NCBI GenBank assembly: GCA_965213675.1
Contig: OZ243916.1
Span: 384,001-448,000 of the forward strand
From: an uncultured Candidatus Binatia bacterium
Lineage (GTDB): Bacteria > Desulfobacterota > Binatia > UBA9968 > JAJDTQ01
DNA length: 64,000 bases
Direction: 5' to 3'
Made by a program: the position numbers and the translations under genes. Below are positions 1-10,878 of this stretch, one piece after another (the first letter of the stretch is position 1; the number at the start of each line of letters is the position of its first letter). The notes beneath the pieces were generated by a model, which saw only the letters and a program-made list of their open reading frames with translations, was not told where the DNA came from and did no database searches.

Positions 1-2
1 TG

Positions 3-728
3 ATTGCGGCGGCGCGGGAGATTCGCGATGGCGAGCGGGTCTTCGTGGGCATGCGGCTGCCGTTGCTGGGTTTTGCCGTGGCCAAGGAGCTGCACGCGCC
101 CCGCGCCATCGGTATTTTCGAGAGCGGGGTGGTGCGTGACTGGCCGGCGCTGGAGCCGATCTTCACCATGAGCGATCCGCCCAACGTGGCCGGGGCGCTC
201 TATTGCTGCGGGCTCATCGAGGTCATGAGCCTCCTTCAGAGCGGGCGCGTGGACATGGGTTTCATCGGCGGCGCGGAGGTGGACCGCCACGGCAATCTCA
301 ACACCCATTGGGTGGGCGACGACGGCAAGCGCGTGCGCCTGCCGGGCAGCGGCGGGGCCGCGGACATCGCCACTCTGGCGCGTCGCTGCGTCATCATCAT
401 GAACCACGAACGGCGGCGTTTCGTGCCCCGGGTGCAGTTCATCACCTCGCCCGGCTTTGGCGACGGGGCCGGCTGGCGCGACGCGCGCGGCCTTGCGGGC
501 GGCGGACCGAGCCGCACCATCACCAGCATGGGCATCTTTTCCTTCGATCCGGCCACGCGGGAGATGCAGGTGGAGTCGTACCACCCCGGCGTCACGGTGC
601 AGGAGATCCTGGACGAGACGGACTGGCCGCTCCAGGCGCCGCCCGGCGTCGTGCGGACGCCGGAGCCGTCGCGCGAAGAGCTTCAGGCGGTAAGGAAGTA
701 CGATCCGGAGGGGGTGTGGACGTCCTGA
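3..728 (+). CDS. CoA-transferase beta subunit (glutaconate CoA-transferase GctB-like), 5' end off window
   Basis: Frame is open from nt 3 (IAAAREIRDGERVFVGMRLP). Motifs FESG, GGAEVDRHGNLN, RLPGSGGA, FITSPG are typical of class I CoA-transferase B subunits. Confidence 0.85.
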   Translation: MAAAREIRDGERVFVGMRLPLLGFAVAKELHAPRAIGIFESGVVRDWPALEPIFTMSDPPNVAGALYCCGLIEVMSLLQSGRVDMGFIGGAEVDRHGNLNTHWVGDDGKRVRLPGSGGAADIATLARRCVIIMNHERRRFVPRVQFITSPGFGDGAGWRDARGLAGGGPSRTITSMGIFSFDPATREMQVESYHPGVTVQEILDETDWPLQAPPGVVRTPEPSREELQAVRKYDPEGVWTS

Positions 729-757
729 CCGGCCGTCCGCCCCGTGGATGAAGTTTG

Positions 758-3052
758 ATGCTCGTCGCTGTCCTCTCCGGTTTCGTCCTGGCCCTGCTGG
801 CGCCTTCGCTGTGCCGCCTGAACCTGCGCTGGGCGGGCGCCCTGTTCTCGCTTTTTCCGGCGGCGCTGGCGCTCTGGTTTGTGAGCCACCTGGACGCGGT
901 GGCGGCCGGGGAGGCGGTGCGCGTCAGCTATCTCTGGCTGCCCGCCCTGGGTCTCCAACTGTCCTTCAACCTGGACGGCCTGGGGCTTCTGTTTGCCCTG
1001 GCCATCACGGTGGTGGGGACGCTGATCATCACTTACGCCGGCAGCTACCTCCACGGCCATCCGTCGCTGCCCCGCTTCTATCTGTTCATTCTCATGTTCA
1101 TGGCGTCCATGCTGGGCGTCGTGCTGTCGGACAATCTGCTGGCGTTGTTCATCTTCTGGGAGCTGACCAGCATCACCTCGTACTTCCTCATCGGCTTCGA
1201 GCACCAAAAGGACACGGCGCGGGCGGCGGCATTGCAGGCGCTGCTGGTGACGGGCAGCGGCGGCCTGGCGCTCATGGGCGGCGTGCTGCTCATGGGGCAG
1301 ATCGGCGGCAGCTTCGAGATCTCGGTGCTGGCGGCGGACAGCGCCGCGCTGCAGGGCCACCGGCTGTATCCGCTGGCGCTGGCGCTGGTGCTGGCCGGGG
1401 CGTTCACCAAGTCGGCGCAGGTGCCGTTTCATTTCTGGCTGCCGTCGGCCATGGAGGCGCCCACGCCGGTGAGCGCGTACCTTCACTCCGCCACCATGGT
1501 CAAGGCGGGCGTCTACCTGCTGGCGCGCCTGAGCCCGGTGCTGGGCGGCAGCGACATCTGGCTCTACGTGGTCACGGGCTTCGGCGCCGCCACCATGCTG
1601 GCGAGCGCGTATCAGGCCCTTTATCAGACCGACCTCAAGAAGATCCTGGCCTACTCCACCGTGAGCGTACTGGGTACTCTCACCATGCTCATCGGTCTGG
1701 GCGACAAACTCGCCATCAAGGCGGCCATGGTGTTCCTCATGGCCCACGTGCTCTACAAAGCCGCGCTCTTCATGGTGGCCGGCTCCATTGACCATGAAAC
1801 CGGCACCCGCGACATCCGCCACCTGGGCGGTCTGCGCAAGACCATGCCCATCATCGGCGCTGGGGCCGCGGTGGGCGCGCTGTCCATGGCCGGGCTGCCG
1901 CCTTTCTTCGGGTTCATCGGCAAGGAGACCCTCTACGAGGCGGTGACCCACGGCAACCTTCTGGTGACAGTGGTGGCCGTGCTCACCAGCATGTTGCTGT
2001 TCGCGGTGGCGTGGCTGGCGGGGATACGCCCGTTTGCGGGCGAAGAGACGCATACGCCGAAGCATCCCCACGACCCGCCCTGGAGCATGTGCCTGGGGCC
2101 GGTGTTCCTGGGCTGCCTGAGCGTGCTCTTCGGCCTCGTGCCGGTGCTGCCCGAATCGCTTCTGTCCGCGGCCGCAAGTGCCGTGCTGGCCGAGGAGGCG
2201 CACATGCACCTGGCCTTGTGGCACGGCTTCAACGCGCTGCTGGCGCTGAGCCTCGCGACCTTCGGTCTGGGCGTGCTGGTCTATTGGAAACTGGACGCCA
2301 TCAAGCGGGTCACGGCGTTCGCGCTGCCCGCGGCGCGCCGCGGACCCTCCCACGGTTACGCCTTGTGGCTCCGATTCCTGACCTGGTCGGCGGTGGGCCA
2401 GACCCGGATCCTGCAGAACGGCTACCTCCGGCTCTACCTGGCCACCATCATGACGGTGACCGCGGCGTTGGTTTGGTACACGTTCTTCGCGCAGGCGGAC
2501 GCGGTGGCGGTGACCCTGGACTGGGGCGACATCGGCGTGCACGAGTGGGTGGTGGGGCTGATGGCGCTGGTGGGCGCCATCGCCACGGTGCGGGCGCAGA
2601 CGTTCCTGCGCGCGGTCATGGCCCTGGGGGTGGTGGGTTACAGCGTGGCGCTGATCTTCGTGCTCTACGGCGCCCCCGACCTCGCCATGACCCAGTTCCT
2701 CATCGAGACCCTGTCGCTGATCCTGTTCGTGTTCGTGTTCTACTACATGCCGCCGTTCAAGCGTTTCTCCACCCGCTCGGTGATCTTGCGGCACGCGGCC
2801 ATCGCCAGCGTGGTGGGCGCGTTCTTCACGCTGCTGGTGCTGGTGGCCACGTCGGTGCAGTGGCATCCGACCATCTCCACCTACTTCTCGGAGAACTCGT
2901 ACCTGTTGGGGCAGGGACGGAACATCGTCAACGTGATCCTGGTGGACTTCCGGGGCTTTGACACGCTGGGCGAGATCACTGTGCTGGGAGTGGCGGGCAT
3001 CGGCGTGTTCTCGCTCATCCGGTTGCGCCTCGGCAGGGGGAGGGGGACGTGA
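758..3052 (+). CDS. mrpA: Na+/H+ antiporter subunit A (MrpA/MnhA)
   Basis: Polytopic membrane protein with [45 protein letters not shown] and [18 protein letters not shown]. First gene of an operon with overlapping stop/start codons. Confidence 0.95.
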   Translation: MLVAVLSGFVLALLAPSLCRLNLRWAGALFSLFPAALALWFVSHLDAVAAGEAVRVSYLWLPALGLQLSFNLDGLGLLFALAITVVGTLIITYAGSYLHGHPSLPRFYLFILMFMASMLGVVLSDNLLALFIFWELTSITSYFLIGFEHQKDTARAAALQALLVTGSGGLALMGGVLLMGQIGGSFEISVLAADSAALQGHRLYPLALALVLAGAFTKSAQVPFHFWLPSAMEAPTPVSAYLHSATMVKAGVYLLARLSPVLGGSDIWLYVVTGFGAATMLASAYQALYQTDLKKILAYSTVSVLGTLTMLIGLGDKLAIKAAMVFLMAHVLYKAALFMVAGSIDHETGTRDIRHLGGLRKTMPIIGAGAAVGALSMAGLPPFFGFIGKETLYEAVTHGNLLVTVVAVLTSMLLFAVAWLAGIRPFAGEETHTPKHPHDPPWSMCLGPVFLGCLSVLFGLVPVLPESLLSAAASAVLAEEAHMHLALWHGFNALLALSLATFGLGVLVYWKLDAIKRVTAFALPAARRGPSHGYALWLRFLTWSAVGQTRILQNGYLRLYLATIMTVTAALVWYTFFAQADAVAVTLDWGDIGVHEWVVGLMALVGAIATVRAQTFLRAVMALGVVGYSVALIFVLYGAPDLAMTQFLIETLSLILFVFVFYYMPPFKRFSTRSVILRHAAIASVVGAFFTLLVLVATSVQWHPTISTYFSENSYLLGQGRNIVNVILVDFRGFDTLGEITVLGVAGIGVFSLIRLRLGRGRGT

Positions 3053-3474
3053 ACTCGCTGATTCTCAGGACGGCCAGCCGGTTTCTGCTGATCCTGCTGT
3101 TTCAGTTCTCGGTGTTTCTGCTGCTGCGGGGACACAACGATCCCGGCGGCGGCTTCGTCGGCGGGCTCGTGCTGGCCGCGGCCCTGACCCTCTACGCCAT
3201 CGCCTACGACGTGCGCTCCATGCGCCGGTTCCTTCCCTGCCACGCGCGCACCATCATCGGCTGGGGCCTGCTGACCGCGGCCCTGAGCGGCGTTTTCCCT
3301 CTATTCAAGGGGCTGCCGTTCATGACCGGCCTGTGGGGTCATTTCCACGTTCTCGGGCTCGACCTCCACCTGGGCACGCCGCTGCTGTTCGACATCGGCG
3401 TCTACCTGACGGTGGTGGGCATCGTCCTGATCGTCATCATCAGCCTGGCCGAGGAAGTGGAGGAGGACGACTGA
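3049..3474 (+). CDS. mrpB: Na+/H+ antiporter subunit B
   Basis: [16 protein letters not shown] and FDIGVYLTV motifs. GTGA overlap with mrpA. Confidence 0.95.
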   Translation: MNSLILRTASRFLLILLFQFSVFLLLRGHNDPGGGFVGGLVLAAALTLYAIAYDVRSMRRFLPCHARTIIGWGLLTAALSGVFPLFKGLPFMTGLWGHFHVLGLDLHLGTPLLFDIGVYLTVVGIVLIVIISLAEEVEEDD

Positions 3475-3818
3475 TGGAAGCCCTCCTCGCCATTGTCATC
3501 GGCGTGCTCTACGGCACGGGCATCTACATGCTCATGCGCCGGAGCATCGTGAAGCTCATCATCGGGCTGGCGCTCATGGCCCACGGCGCGAGTCTGCTGG
3601 TGTTCACCGCCGCCGGCCTCACCCGCGCGGTGCCGCCGGTGATTCCCTATGGGGAGAAGGCCGTCACTGGAGTGGCGGACCCGTTGCCCCAGGCGCTGAT
3701 CCTCACGGCCATCGTCATCAGCTTCGGCGTACAGGCGTTCGCCATGGTGCTGGCCTACCGCGCCTACCAGACCGTGGGCACGGACGACCTCGACGACATG
3801 AAGGCGACGGACACGTGA
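3474..3818 (+). CDS. mrpC: Na+/H+ antiporter subunit C
   Basis: Starts [10 protein letters not shown] at a TGATG overlap. [17 protein letters not shown] motif. Confidence 0.95.
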   Translation: MEALLAIVIGVLYGTGIYMLMRRSIVKLIIGLALMAHGASLLVFTAAGLTRAVPPVIPYGEKAVTGVADPLPQALILTAIVISFGVQAFAMVLAYRAYQTVGTDDLDDMKATDT

Positions 3819-5314
3819 ACGCGCTCATCGTCCTGCCCATTCTGCTGCCGCTGCTGGTGGGGGCGGCCTGTGTGGTGACGTGGCGCTACGTGGCCGCCCA
3901 GCGCGTTCTCACCCTGGCGGGCAGCATCGTCTACCTGGCGGTGGCCGTGGTCCTGCTGGAGCGGGTGGCCAGCGAGGGCATTCAGGCGGTGCAGAAGGGC
4001 GGCTGGATCGCGCCCTTCGGCATCACCCTGGTGGCCGACATGTTCAGCGCCGTCATGGTGGCCACCACCGGCGTGGTGACCCTGGTCATCGTCGTCTACT
4101 CCCTGGGCGCCATGGACCGGCGCCGGGAAACCTACGGCTACTATCCGCTGTTCAACATCCTCATCATGGGCGTGTCCGGCGCGTTTCTCACCGGCGACAT
4201 CTTCAACCTGTTCGTATGGTTCGAAGTGCTGCTGATCTCGTCCTTCGTGCTGCTGGCGCTGGGCGGCGAGCGCGCGCAACTGGAGGGCGCCATCAAGTAC
4301 GTCACACTGAACCTGGTGGCGTCGGCGTTCTTCCTGGCCGCGGTGGGGATTCTCTACGCCATGGCCGGCTCCCTCAACATGGCGGACCTGTCGCAGCGGC
4401 TCGGGAACGTGGCGCAACCGGGCCTGGTGACCACCCTCGCCATGCTGTTCCTGGTGTCCTTCGGCATCAAGGGGGCGATCTTTCCGTTGTTCTTCTGGTT
4501 GCCGGCGTCCTACCACACGCCGCCGGTGGCGGTCTCGGCCATCTTCGGCGGACTGCTCACCAAGGTTGGCGTCTATGCCCTGATCCGGGTATTCACGCTG
4601 CTGTTCCTCAACAACGTCGATTACACTCATACGATCATCCTGTGGGTGGGCGCCATCACCATGGTGACGGGCGTGCTCGGCGCCGTGGCCCAGTACGAGT
4701 TCCGGCGGCTCCTGTCCTTCCACATCGTGAGCCAGATCGGCTACATGGTCATGGGCCTGGGCTTCTTCACGCCGCTGGCGCTGGCGGGCACGGTGTTCTT
4801 CATCGTCCACAACATCTTCGTCAAGACCAATCTGTTTCTGGTGAGCGGCTACGCCCACCGGTTGCACGGCACCTACGATCTCAAGAAGCTGGGCGGTCTC
4901 TACCGCGCGCATCCGTGGCTGAGCCTGTTGTTCCTGCTGTCGGCGCTGTCGCTGGCCGGAGTGCCGCCTTTGTCCGGCTTCTTCGGCAAGCTGATGCTGG
5001 TGAAGGCCGGGCTCGACATCGAGCAGTTCGTGGTGGTGGCCGCGGCCTTGGGCGTGAGCCTGCTGACGCTCTTCTCCATGACCAAGATCTGGGCCGAGGC
5101 ATTCTGGAAGCCCTTGCCGGAGGGGACCCCGTCGGGTCCCGCGGGCGCCGGCAAGGGACCCATGCTCGGCGCCATCGTCACCCTCGCCGTGCTGGCGGTG
5201 GTGATGGGCGTGGCCGCGGGACCGCTCTTCACGCTGGCGCAGGAGGCGGGCGAACAGTTGATGAACCCGGCGCCCTACATCGAGGCGGTGCTGCGGGTGA
5301 GGGGAGGGTCATGA
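3815..5314 (+). CDS. mrpD: Na+/H+ antiporter subunit D
   Basis: [36 protein letters not shown] and LLTKVGVYA motifs. Confidence 0.95.
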   Translation: MNALIVLPILLPLLVGAACVVTWRYVAAQRVLTLAGSIVYLAVAVVLLERVASEGIQAVQKGGWIAPFGITLVADMFSAVMVATTGVVTLVIVVYSLGAMDRRRETYGYYPLFNILIMGVSGAFLTGDIFNLFVWFEVLLISSFVLLALGGERAQLEGAIKYVTLNLVASAFFLAAVGILYAMAGSLNMADLSQRLGNVAQPGLVTTLAMLFLVSFGIKGAIFPLFFWLPASYHTPPVAVSAIFGGLLTKVGVYALIRVFTLLFLNNVDYTHTIILWVGAITMVTGVLGAVAQYEFRRLLSFHIVSQIGYMVMGLGFFTPLALAGTVFFIVHNIFVKTNLFLVSGYAHRLHGTYDLKKLGGLYRAHPWLSLLFLLSALSLAGVPPLSGFFGKLMLVKAGLDIEQFVVVAAALGVSLLTLFSMTKIWAEAFWKPLPEGTPSGPAGAGKGPMLGAIVTLAVLAVVMGVAAGPLFTLAQEAGEQLMNPAPYIEAVLRVRGGS

Positions 5315-5784
5315 CCGTCCTCCTGTGGAACATCATGCTGGCGCTGAGCTGGGCGGCGCTGACCGAAGAGGTGTCGGCGCTCAACCTCGCCATCGGCTTT
5401 GTGCTGGGCTTCCTGATCCTGTACTCGGTGCGCCGGCTGCTGCGGCCGTCCCGGTACTTCGAGAAACTCTGGCAGGGACTGCGGCTCGGCTCGCTGTTCG
5501 CCTGGGAGCTTCTGCTGGCGAACCTGCGCATTGCCTACGAGGTGGTGACGCCGTCCCACAACATGAAGCCCGGCGTGGTGGCGATCCCGCTGGACGTGGA
5601 GACCGACGCGGAGATCACGCTCTTGGCGAACCTCATCACCCTGACCCCCGGCACCCTGAGCCTGGACGTGTCCGACGACCGGCGCGTTCTGTACATTCAC
5701 GCCATGTACGTGGACGACCCCGAGGAGTTGCGCCGGTCCATCAAGGACGGCTTCGAGAAGAGCGTCATGGAGTTGCTGCGATGA
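5311..5784 (+). CDS. mrpE: Na+/H+ antiporter subunit E
   Basis: [12 protein letters not shown] start at an ATGA overlap. [12 protein letters not shown] and LYIHAM motifs. Confidence 0.93.
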   Translation: MTVLLWNIMLALSWAALTEEVSALNLAIGFVLGFLILYSVRRLLRPSRYFEKLWQGLRLGSLFAWELLLANLRIAYEVVTPSHNMKPGVVAIPLDVETDAEITLLANLITLTPGTLSLDVSDDRRVLYIHAMYVDDPEELRRSIKDGFEKSVMELLR

Positions 5785-6050
5785 CCACCCTGGCCTTCGT
5801 CCTGCTGGGCGTGCTGAGCCTCGGCATCGTGCTGGCGTTCGTGCGCCTGCTGCGCGGTCCCAACATCCCCGACCGGCTGGTGGCGCTGGACCTTTTGACC
5901 ACCGTGGGCGTGGGTATTGCCGCGCTCTATTCCATCGCCTACGACGAGCCCGTCTACCTGGACGTGGCCATCGTGCTGGCGCTGGTGGCCTTCCTGGGCA
6001 CGGTCACGTTCTCCCGCTACATCGAGAAATGGGCACACCATGGTGACTGA
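5781..6050 (+). CDS. mrpF: Na+/H+ antiporter subunit F
   Basis: RLLRGPNIPDRLVALD motif, three hydrophobic segments, ATGA overlap. Confidence 0.93.
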   Translation: MTTLAFVLLGVLSLGIVLAFVRLLRGPNIPDRLVALDLLTTVGVGIAALYSIAYDEPVYLDVAIVLALVAFLGTVTFSRYIEKWAHHGD

Positions 6051-6387
6051 CATCATCTGCGCCGCGTTCATGATCATCGGCACCGCTTTCATGTTCCTGG
6101 GGTGCCTGGGCATCCTGCGCATGCCGGACCTGCTCACGCGCATGCAGACCGCCACCAAGCCGCCCACCCTGGGCGTCTTCTGCCTGATGGTGTCGGTGGC
6201 CTTCTACTTCCCGGAGATCGGCGTCACGGTCCGGGTGCTGGCCATCACGCTGTTCGTCTTTCTGACCGCGCCCGTGTCCGCGCACATGATCGGCCGCGCC
6301 GGCTACCTGGTGGGCGTCAAATTCTGGAAGGGGACGGTGATGGACGAGTTGAAGGGCAAGTACCGCGGCACGTCCATCGACTCGTGA
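6040..6387 (+). CDS. mrpG: Na+/H+ antiporter subunit G
   Basis: GILRMPDLLTRMQTATK and FLTAPVSAHMIGRA motifs. Confidence 0.93.
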   Translation: MVTDIICAAFMIIGTAFMFLGCLGILRMPDLLTRMQTATKPPTLGVFCLMVSVAFYFPEIGVTVRVLAITLFVFLTAPVSAHMIGRAGYLVGVKFWKGTVMDELKGKYRGTSIDS

Positions 6388-6492
6388 CGGTCCGGGCGCT
6401 CGCGCCATGTTGGACGCGAGCCATGGCATTCGCCGTGGCGCGGCCGGGAAACCCAACGGGGTTGGCCGCGCCCAAGGGGAGTTGCCGCGTGG

Positions 6493-7434
6493 CTACACGC
6501 TGGCGAGCGGGCCGTACTCCAGGATGATATACGCGGCATAGACGCCGAGGCAGAGCGCGCCCGCCCCGCGTCCGAGGCGACCGCGAAAGGCGAGCCACGG
6601 AACCAGCAGGACCGTGGCGCCCAACATCGTCCACACGGCCAGATGCAGCAGGTGCGCGGGAACGTCCAGCGGATGGACCGCGGCCACGAGCCCGCCGATG
6701 GCCAGGAGGTTGAAGATGTTGGCGCCCAGCACGTTGCCCACCGCCACGTCGGAATGGCCGCGGTAGGCCGACACCACCGCGGTGGCAAGCTCGGGCAGCG
6801 AGGTGCCGACGGCCACCACGGTGACGCCGATGACCGCCTCCGACACGCCCAACAGGCGGGCGAGGGCAATGGCGCCTTCCACCAGCAGGTGAGCCCCCAG
6901 GACCACGCAGCCAAGGCCCGCGGCGAGGGTGCCGACGGCCACCCAGACCGGTCGGTCCCCGGCCTCGTCCTCCGTCTCGGCCGCGGGCGGATTGCGCCGC
7001 GCGCGGCGGATGGAAATGACCGTGAAGCCGCCCAGGCAGGCCAGCAGCAGCACGCCGTCCACACGGCTCAGGCTGCCGATCATGCCGAGGGCGATGAACA
7101 GCACGGCCACGCCAATGGCGGCGGCCCCTTCGAAGCGCACCTCCCGCGGGTTCACGACCATGGGGCTGACGCAGGCCGCCGCGCCCAGGATCAGGAGCAG
7201 GTTGCAGATGTTGCTGCCGACGATATTGCCGATGGAGATGCCGGGAGCGCCGCGAACGGCCGCTTCCAGGCTCACCAGCAATTCCGGCATGGTGGTGCAG
7301 TACGCCACCACCGTGAGCCCGACCATGAGCGGCGAGACGCCCAGCCGCCGCGCAAGCCCCACCGCGCCGCGCAACACGAACTCCGCCCCGCCCATGAGCA
7401 GGACGAAGCCACCGGCCAATTCGAGATAAATCAT
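6493..7434 (-). CDS. Ca2+/Na+ antiporter (CaCA family, YrbG-like)
   Basis: Two alpha-repeats (CTTMPEL...GNIVGSNICN and GTSLPEL...GNVLGANIFN). Start placed at MIYLEL. Confidence 0.9.
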   Translation of the reverse strand: MIYLELAGGFVLLMGGAEFVLRGAVGLARRLGVSPLMVGLTVVAYCTTMPELLVSLEAAVRGAPGISIGNIVGSNICNLLLILGAAACVSPMVVNPREVRFEGAAAIGVAVLFIALGMIGSLSRVDGVLLLACLGGFTVISIRRARRNPPAAETEDEAGDRPVWVAVGTLAAGLGCVVLGAHLLVEGAIALARLLGVSEAVIGVTVVAVGTSLPELATAVVSAYRGHSDVAVGNVLGANIFNLLAIGGLVAAVHPLDVPAHLLHLAVWTMLGATVLLVPWLAFRGRLGRGAGALCLGVYAAYIILEYGPLASV

Positions 7435-7604
7435 GGAGATCTTGGGGTCTGGTTCGCGAGGGTTCGAGAGACCGGGCCAGCCCGGAGGTTCCTGTTCAAT
7501 AGTCGGATAACCGGCGCGAGTCAAACCCGACTGTGGACGCGGCGGGCTGGGAGGCGCCCTGTTCGATCTGGTAGCGTCGGCAGTTCACAAGGAGACGGAA
7601 CGAC

Positions 7605-8525
7605 ATGGGAATCGGCATTGGCATCGGTTTTACGGGATGGCCCTTTGGCGCGCCCAACCCCGAGGGGTTCTGGAGCGCGGTGGACCTGGCGGAGAACCTG
7701 GCCATCGACTCGCTATGGCTGAGTGACCGCGTGGTGTCGGAGGCCCTGAGCCTGGAGCCCGTGGTGGCGCTCTCGTGGGTGGCCGCGCGTACCCGCAAGA
7801 TGAAGTTTGGCACCAGCGTCATGGCGCTCCCGCTCCGGAACCCCACGGTGCTGGCCAAGGAGCTGGCCACCCTGGACTTCCTGTCCGGCGGGCGCCTGTT
7901 GCTGGCTGTGGGCCTGGGCCGCGACGACGACACCGAGCTTCAGGCCTGCGGCATCCACCGCGCGGAGCGCGCCGGCCGCACCGAGGAAATGGTGCACCTC
8001 CTGCGCGCCCTCTGGTCGGGCAACAACGTCAGCTTCGAGGGGAAGTACTACCACCTCCAGGACGTCTCCATTCAACCCAGGCCCGCCCAGGCCGAGCCGC
8101 CCATCTGGGTCGGCGGACGGAGCGGCCCCGCCTTCCGCCGCACGGCCCGCCTGGCGGACGGCTGGCTCGCATCCCAGATGGTTCCCGCGGAGGTGGAGAG
8201 CGCCATCGCGCGCATCCGGAAACACGCCGCCGACTACGGCCGCCGCATCGACGACGACCACTTCGGCGTGCTCTTCAACTATTGCTTCGCCAAGGATTCG
8301 GAGGAAGCCGCCCGCATCGCCCACCCCTACGCCCTGCGCAACCGTACCGATGTGGCGTTCACCGAAACCTCCGCCCTGGGCACCGCCGGCGACATCGCCG
8401 CCGCAATCCAGCGCTTCATCGACGCCGGCGCCTCCAAGTTCGTTGCGCGCCCCGCTTGCCCCCCCGAGGCCATTCACGACCAACTGCGCCGCCTCGGCAC
8501 GGAGATCCTCCCGCGGTTCGCGTGA
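7605..8525 (+). CDS. LLM-class (luciferase-like) flavin/F420-dependent oxidoreductase
   Basis: DSLWLSDR, LAKELATLDFLSGGRL, PPIWVGG, RTARLADGW. GGAG RBS upstream. Confidence 0.88.
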   Translation: MGIGIGIGFTGWPFGAPNPEGFWSAVDLAENLAIDSLWLSDRVVSEALSLEPVVALSWVAARTRKMKFGTSVMALPLRNPTVLAKELATLDFLSGGRLLLAVGLGRDDDTELQACGIHRAERAGRTEEMVHLLRALWSGNNVSFEGKYYHLQDVSIQPRPAQAEPPIWVGGRSGPAFRRTARLADGWLASQMVPAEVESAIARIRKHAADYGRRIDDDHFGVLFNYCFAKDSEEAARIAHPYALRNRTDVAFTETSALGTAGDIAAAIQRFIDAGASKFVARPACPPEAIHDQLRRLGTEILPRFA

Positions 8526-8630
8526 GTGACGAGGAGGACGGGCGTACTTCTCTCTTGCCTTTGGGCGCTGAAGGCGGGGCTGTCAGGTGATTACCGTCTC
8601 AATACAGTCTGAGTGTCACCCAACGGGCCG

Positions 8631-10037
8631 TCACCGCACCTCGGCAATCTTGTTGAAGCCGTCGTAGGCGGCGACCTTGTAGGCTTCGGCGAAGGTGGGG
8701 TAGTTGAAGACGTTGTCCCGGAAGTACTCGATGGTGCCGCCCAGGGCGATGACGGCGTGGCCGATGTGGATGATCTCGGTGGCCTCCTCGCCGATGGCGT
8801 GGACGCTCAGGAGCTTCAGGGTGTCGGGGTCGAAGATCAGTTTCAGCATGCCGGCGCGGTCGCCCACCATCTGCGCCTTGGCGACATCCTCGTAGAGGGC
8901 CTTGCCCACCTCGTAGGGCACGCGCTCGGCGGTGAGTTCCTGTTCGGTGCGGCCCACCATGGAGATCTCCGGGATGGTGTAGATGCCGTAAGGGAAGAAG
9001 GGCGCGGGCGCGAGGGACGGGCCGTCGAATATGTGGGTACTGGCGAGGCGGCCCTGCTCCATGGACGTGGAGGCCAGGGCCGGGAAGCCGATGCAGTCGC
9101 CCACGGCGTAGATGTGCGGTCGCGTGGTCTGGAAGTGTTCGTTGACGGCGATGCGGCCGCGCGCGTCAATGTCGATGCCGACGCGTTCGAGGCCGAGCTG
9201 GTCGGCGTTGGACTGCCGCCCCACGGTGTAGAGCAGGGACTCGCCGACCACCCGTTTGCCGCTCTCCATTTCCGCGCGCACCAAGCCATTCTCCTGAATG
9301 CGCACGCCGGTGACGTGTTCGCCCAGGCGGAAGATGGCGTCGCGCCGGCGCATGTGGTAGCGCAACGCCTCGATGATCTCCCGGTCGACAAAGTCGAGCA
9401 TGGTGTCGCGCCGTTCGATGAGCGTCACGCGCACGCCCACCGCCGACAGCATGGAGGCGTACTCCAGCCCGATGACGCCGGCGCCCACGACGATCATGCT
9501 GCGCGGCAAATCGCCGCGGCCTGCGCTGCCGAAGTCTTCCGCCACCATCACCTTGCGCCCGTCGTAGGGGATGTCCGGGTTGCGCGCGGAACGGGTGCCG
9601 CACGCGATGATGATGTGGTCGCCGCGCACCTGCTGCCCGTCCTCCACCTCCAGCGTATGGGCGTCCACGAAGCGAGCCCATCCGTTCATCAGGGTCACGC
9701 CGTTGCGCTGGAGCTGATCGGTCACCTGCGCCTGTTCCCGTTCCACCACCTTGCGTACCCGGAACATGAGGTCGTCCACGGTGACGTGCGCCTTGGGCGA
9801 GTAGGCCTGCCCGTAGAACGTCTTCTGCTGGAAACCCGTGAGGTACAGCACCGCCAGCCGCAGGGTCTTGCTGGGGATGGTGCCCGAGTGCACGCACACG
9901 CCGCCGAGCATGTCGTGGCGGTCGACGAGCGCCACTCGCTTGCCCATCTTGGCCGCGGCGATGGCGCCCTTCTGGCCGGCGGGGCCGCTGCCGATGACCA
10001 CGAGATCGTAGGTTTTATCGTCCATGGGTATCGTCAT
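8631..10037 (-). CDS. sthA: Soluble pyridine nucleotide transhydrogenase
   Basis: GSGPAGQKGA. GGVCVHSGTIPSKTLR has a single Cys rather than a redox disulfide. Also FPALASTSMEQGR, YGIYTIPEIS, FNYPTFAEAYKVAA. Confidence 0.92.
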   Translation of the reverse strand: MTIPMDDKTYDLVVIGSGPAGQKGAIAAAKMGKRVALVDRHDMLGGVCVHSGTIPSKTLRLAVLYLTGFQQKTFYGQAYSPKAHVTVDDLMFRVRKVVEREQAQVTDQLQRNGVTLMNGWARFVDAHTLEVEDGQQVRGDHIIIACGTRSARNPDIPYDGRKVMVAEDFGSAGRGDLPRSMIVVGAGVIGLEYASMLSAVGVRVTLIERRDTMLDFVDREIIEALRYHMRRRDAIFRLGEHVTGVRIQENGLVRAEMESGKRVVGESLLYTVGRQSNADQLGLERVGIDIDARGRIAVNEHFQTTRPHIYAVGDCIGFPALASTSMEQGRLASTHIFDGPSLAPAPFFPYGIYTIPEISMVGRTEQELTAERVPYEVGKALYEDVAKAQMVGDRAGMLKLIFDPDTLKLLSVHAIGEEATEIIHIGHAVIALGGTIEYFRDNVFNYPTFAEAYKVAAYDGFNKIAEVR

Positions 10038-10110
10038 GCTGTCCGATGCGGGCCGAGGCGGAGGATGCTAGTGGGGCGCGGCGCCGGTTCCTGGACGGAT
10101 GGGCGCCTAC

Positions 10111-10465
10111 TCACAGTTTCTCATCGTCGGGCACCGTATCGGTCACGAGGTCGCGAATCAACGGACGCTTGGGCAACGGCTGCACCTGGGCTCCCTCGGG
10201 TGCGAGGCGCGCAGTGCACAGGTAGGCCACCTGTTCGTCCACCAGAGCCATGCAGGTCTTGCACGCGTTGGCGTTGACGCAGCCGTAGCGGAACGCGAGG
10301 CTCGAGTCCACATGGGCGCGCACCCACACTCAGTGCGTCGAGCACGGACATGCCTTCTTCGTAGGGTACCCGGTACACGTCGTAGCGGCCCTGGTCCGCG
10401 GCGCGCCCCCGCCACACGCGAAGCTCGGTCGTCGTCTGGCTGGTCCGCGGTGTCGTGTCGTTCAT
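10111..10465 (-). pseudogene. Stand-alone SdhB/FrdB-type 2Fe-2S protein, split by a 1-nt frameshift
   Basis: The N-half (LRVWRG...YRVPYEEGMSVLDAL) and C-half (VWVRAHVDSSLAFRYGCVNANACKTC...YLC...PLIRDLV) are in different frames, separated by one extra A (CTG A GTG TGG) at ~10330. Confidence 0.8.
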
Positions 10466-10546
10466 GTTGACGTCAGTCCTCTCCGCCCATGGATTCCTGC
10501 TTTACAGGCTGGCCAAAACTCGCCGAGCCGAGCATGACGAATACCT

Positions 10547-10866
10547 TATTCACGCGGAAGCGGGAATCCAGGGACAGGGTGGGGTCAACTGGCATGTTCC
10601 CCATCTCCCCGCCCCTGGATTCCCGCTTCCGCGGGAATGACATTTCGGGGGGTGGCTGCCATTTACGGTTCGTCCGGTGTTTTGTCACTTTGTTTCCCCG
10701 GAAATCGCCCATGCAGGTGTGGATCTGACACACGATAGGACGAACCGCCCCCCTGGATGAGTCAACCGGCCCCCCGGATGAGTCATTCACGCGGAAGCGG
10801 GAATCCACCGGGTCCAACGAGCAGGCGGCGACGGATGCGGCAGTCATTCCCGCGCAAGCGGGAATC
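10547..10866. repeat. Cluster of four REP-like palindromes (GTCATTCCCGCGNAAGCGGGAATCC family)
   Basis: Copies at 10547-10573 and inverted 10613-10641 (forming a long hairpin), plus 10782-10806 and 10843-10866. Confidence 0.85.
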
Positions 10867-10878
10867 GACCAACTACCA

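Noticed and set aside
683-2866. Very long antisense and alternate-frame ORFs (also 26581-29475, 32008-34335, 45712-48612 and others)
   Set aside because: Shadow ORFs of high-GC coding sequence. They overlap well-supported genes and have R/G/H/A-rich composition without motifs.
10330-10332. TGA before the downstream half of the 2Fe-2S gene as a third selenocysteine
   Set aside because: The upstream homologous half is in a different frame and the position is not a Cys column. It is a frameshift.
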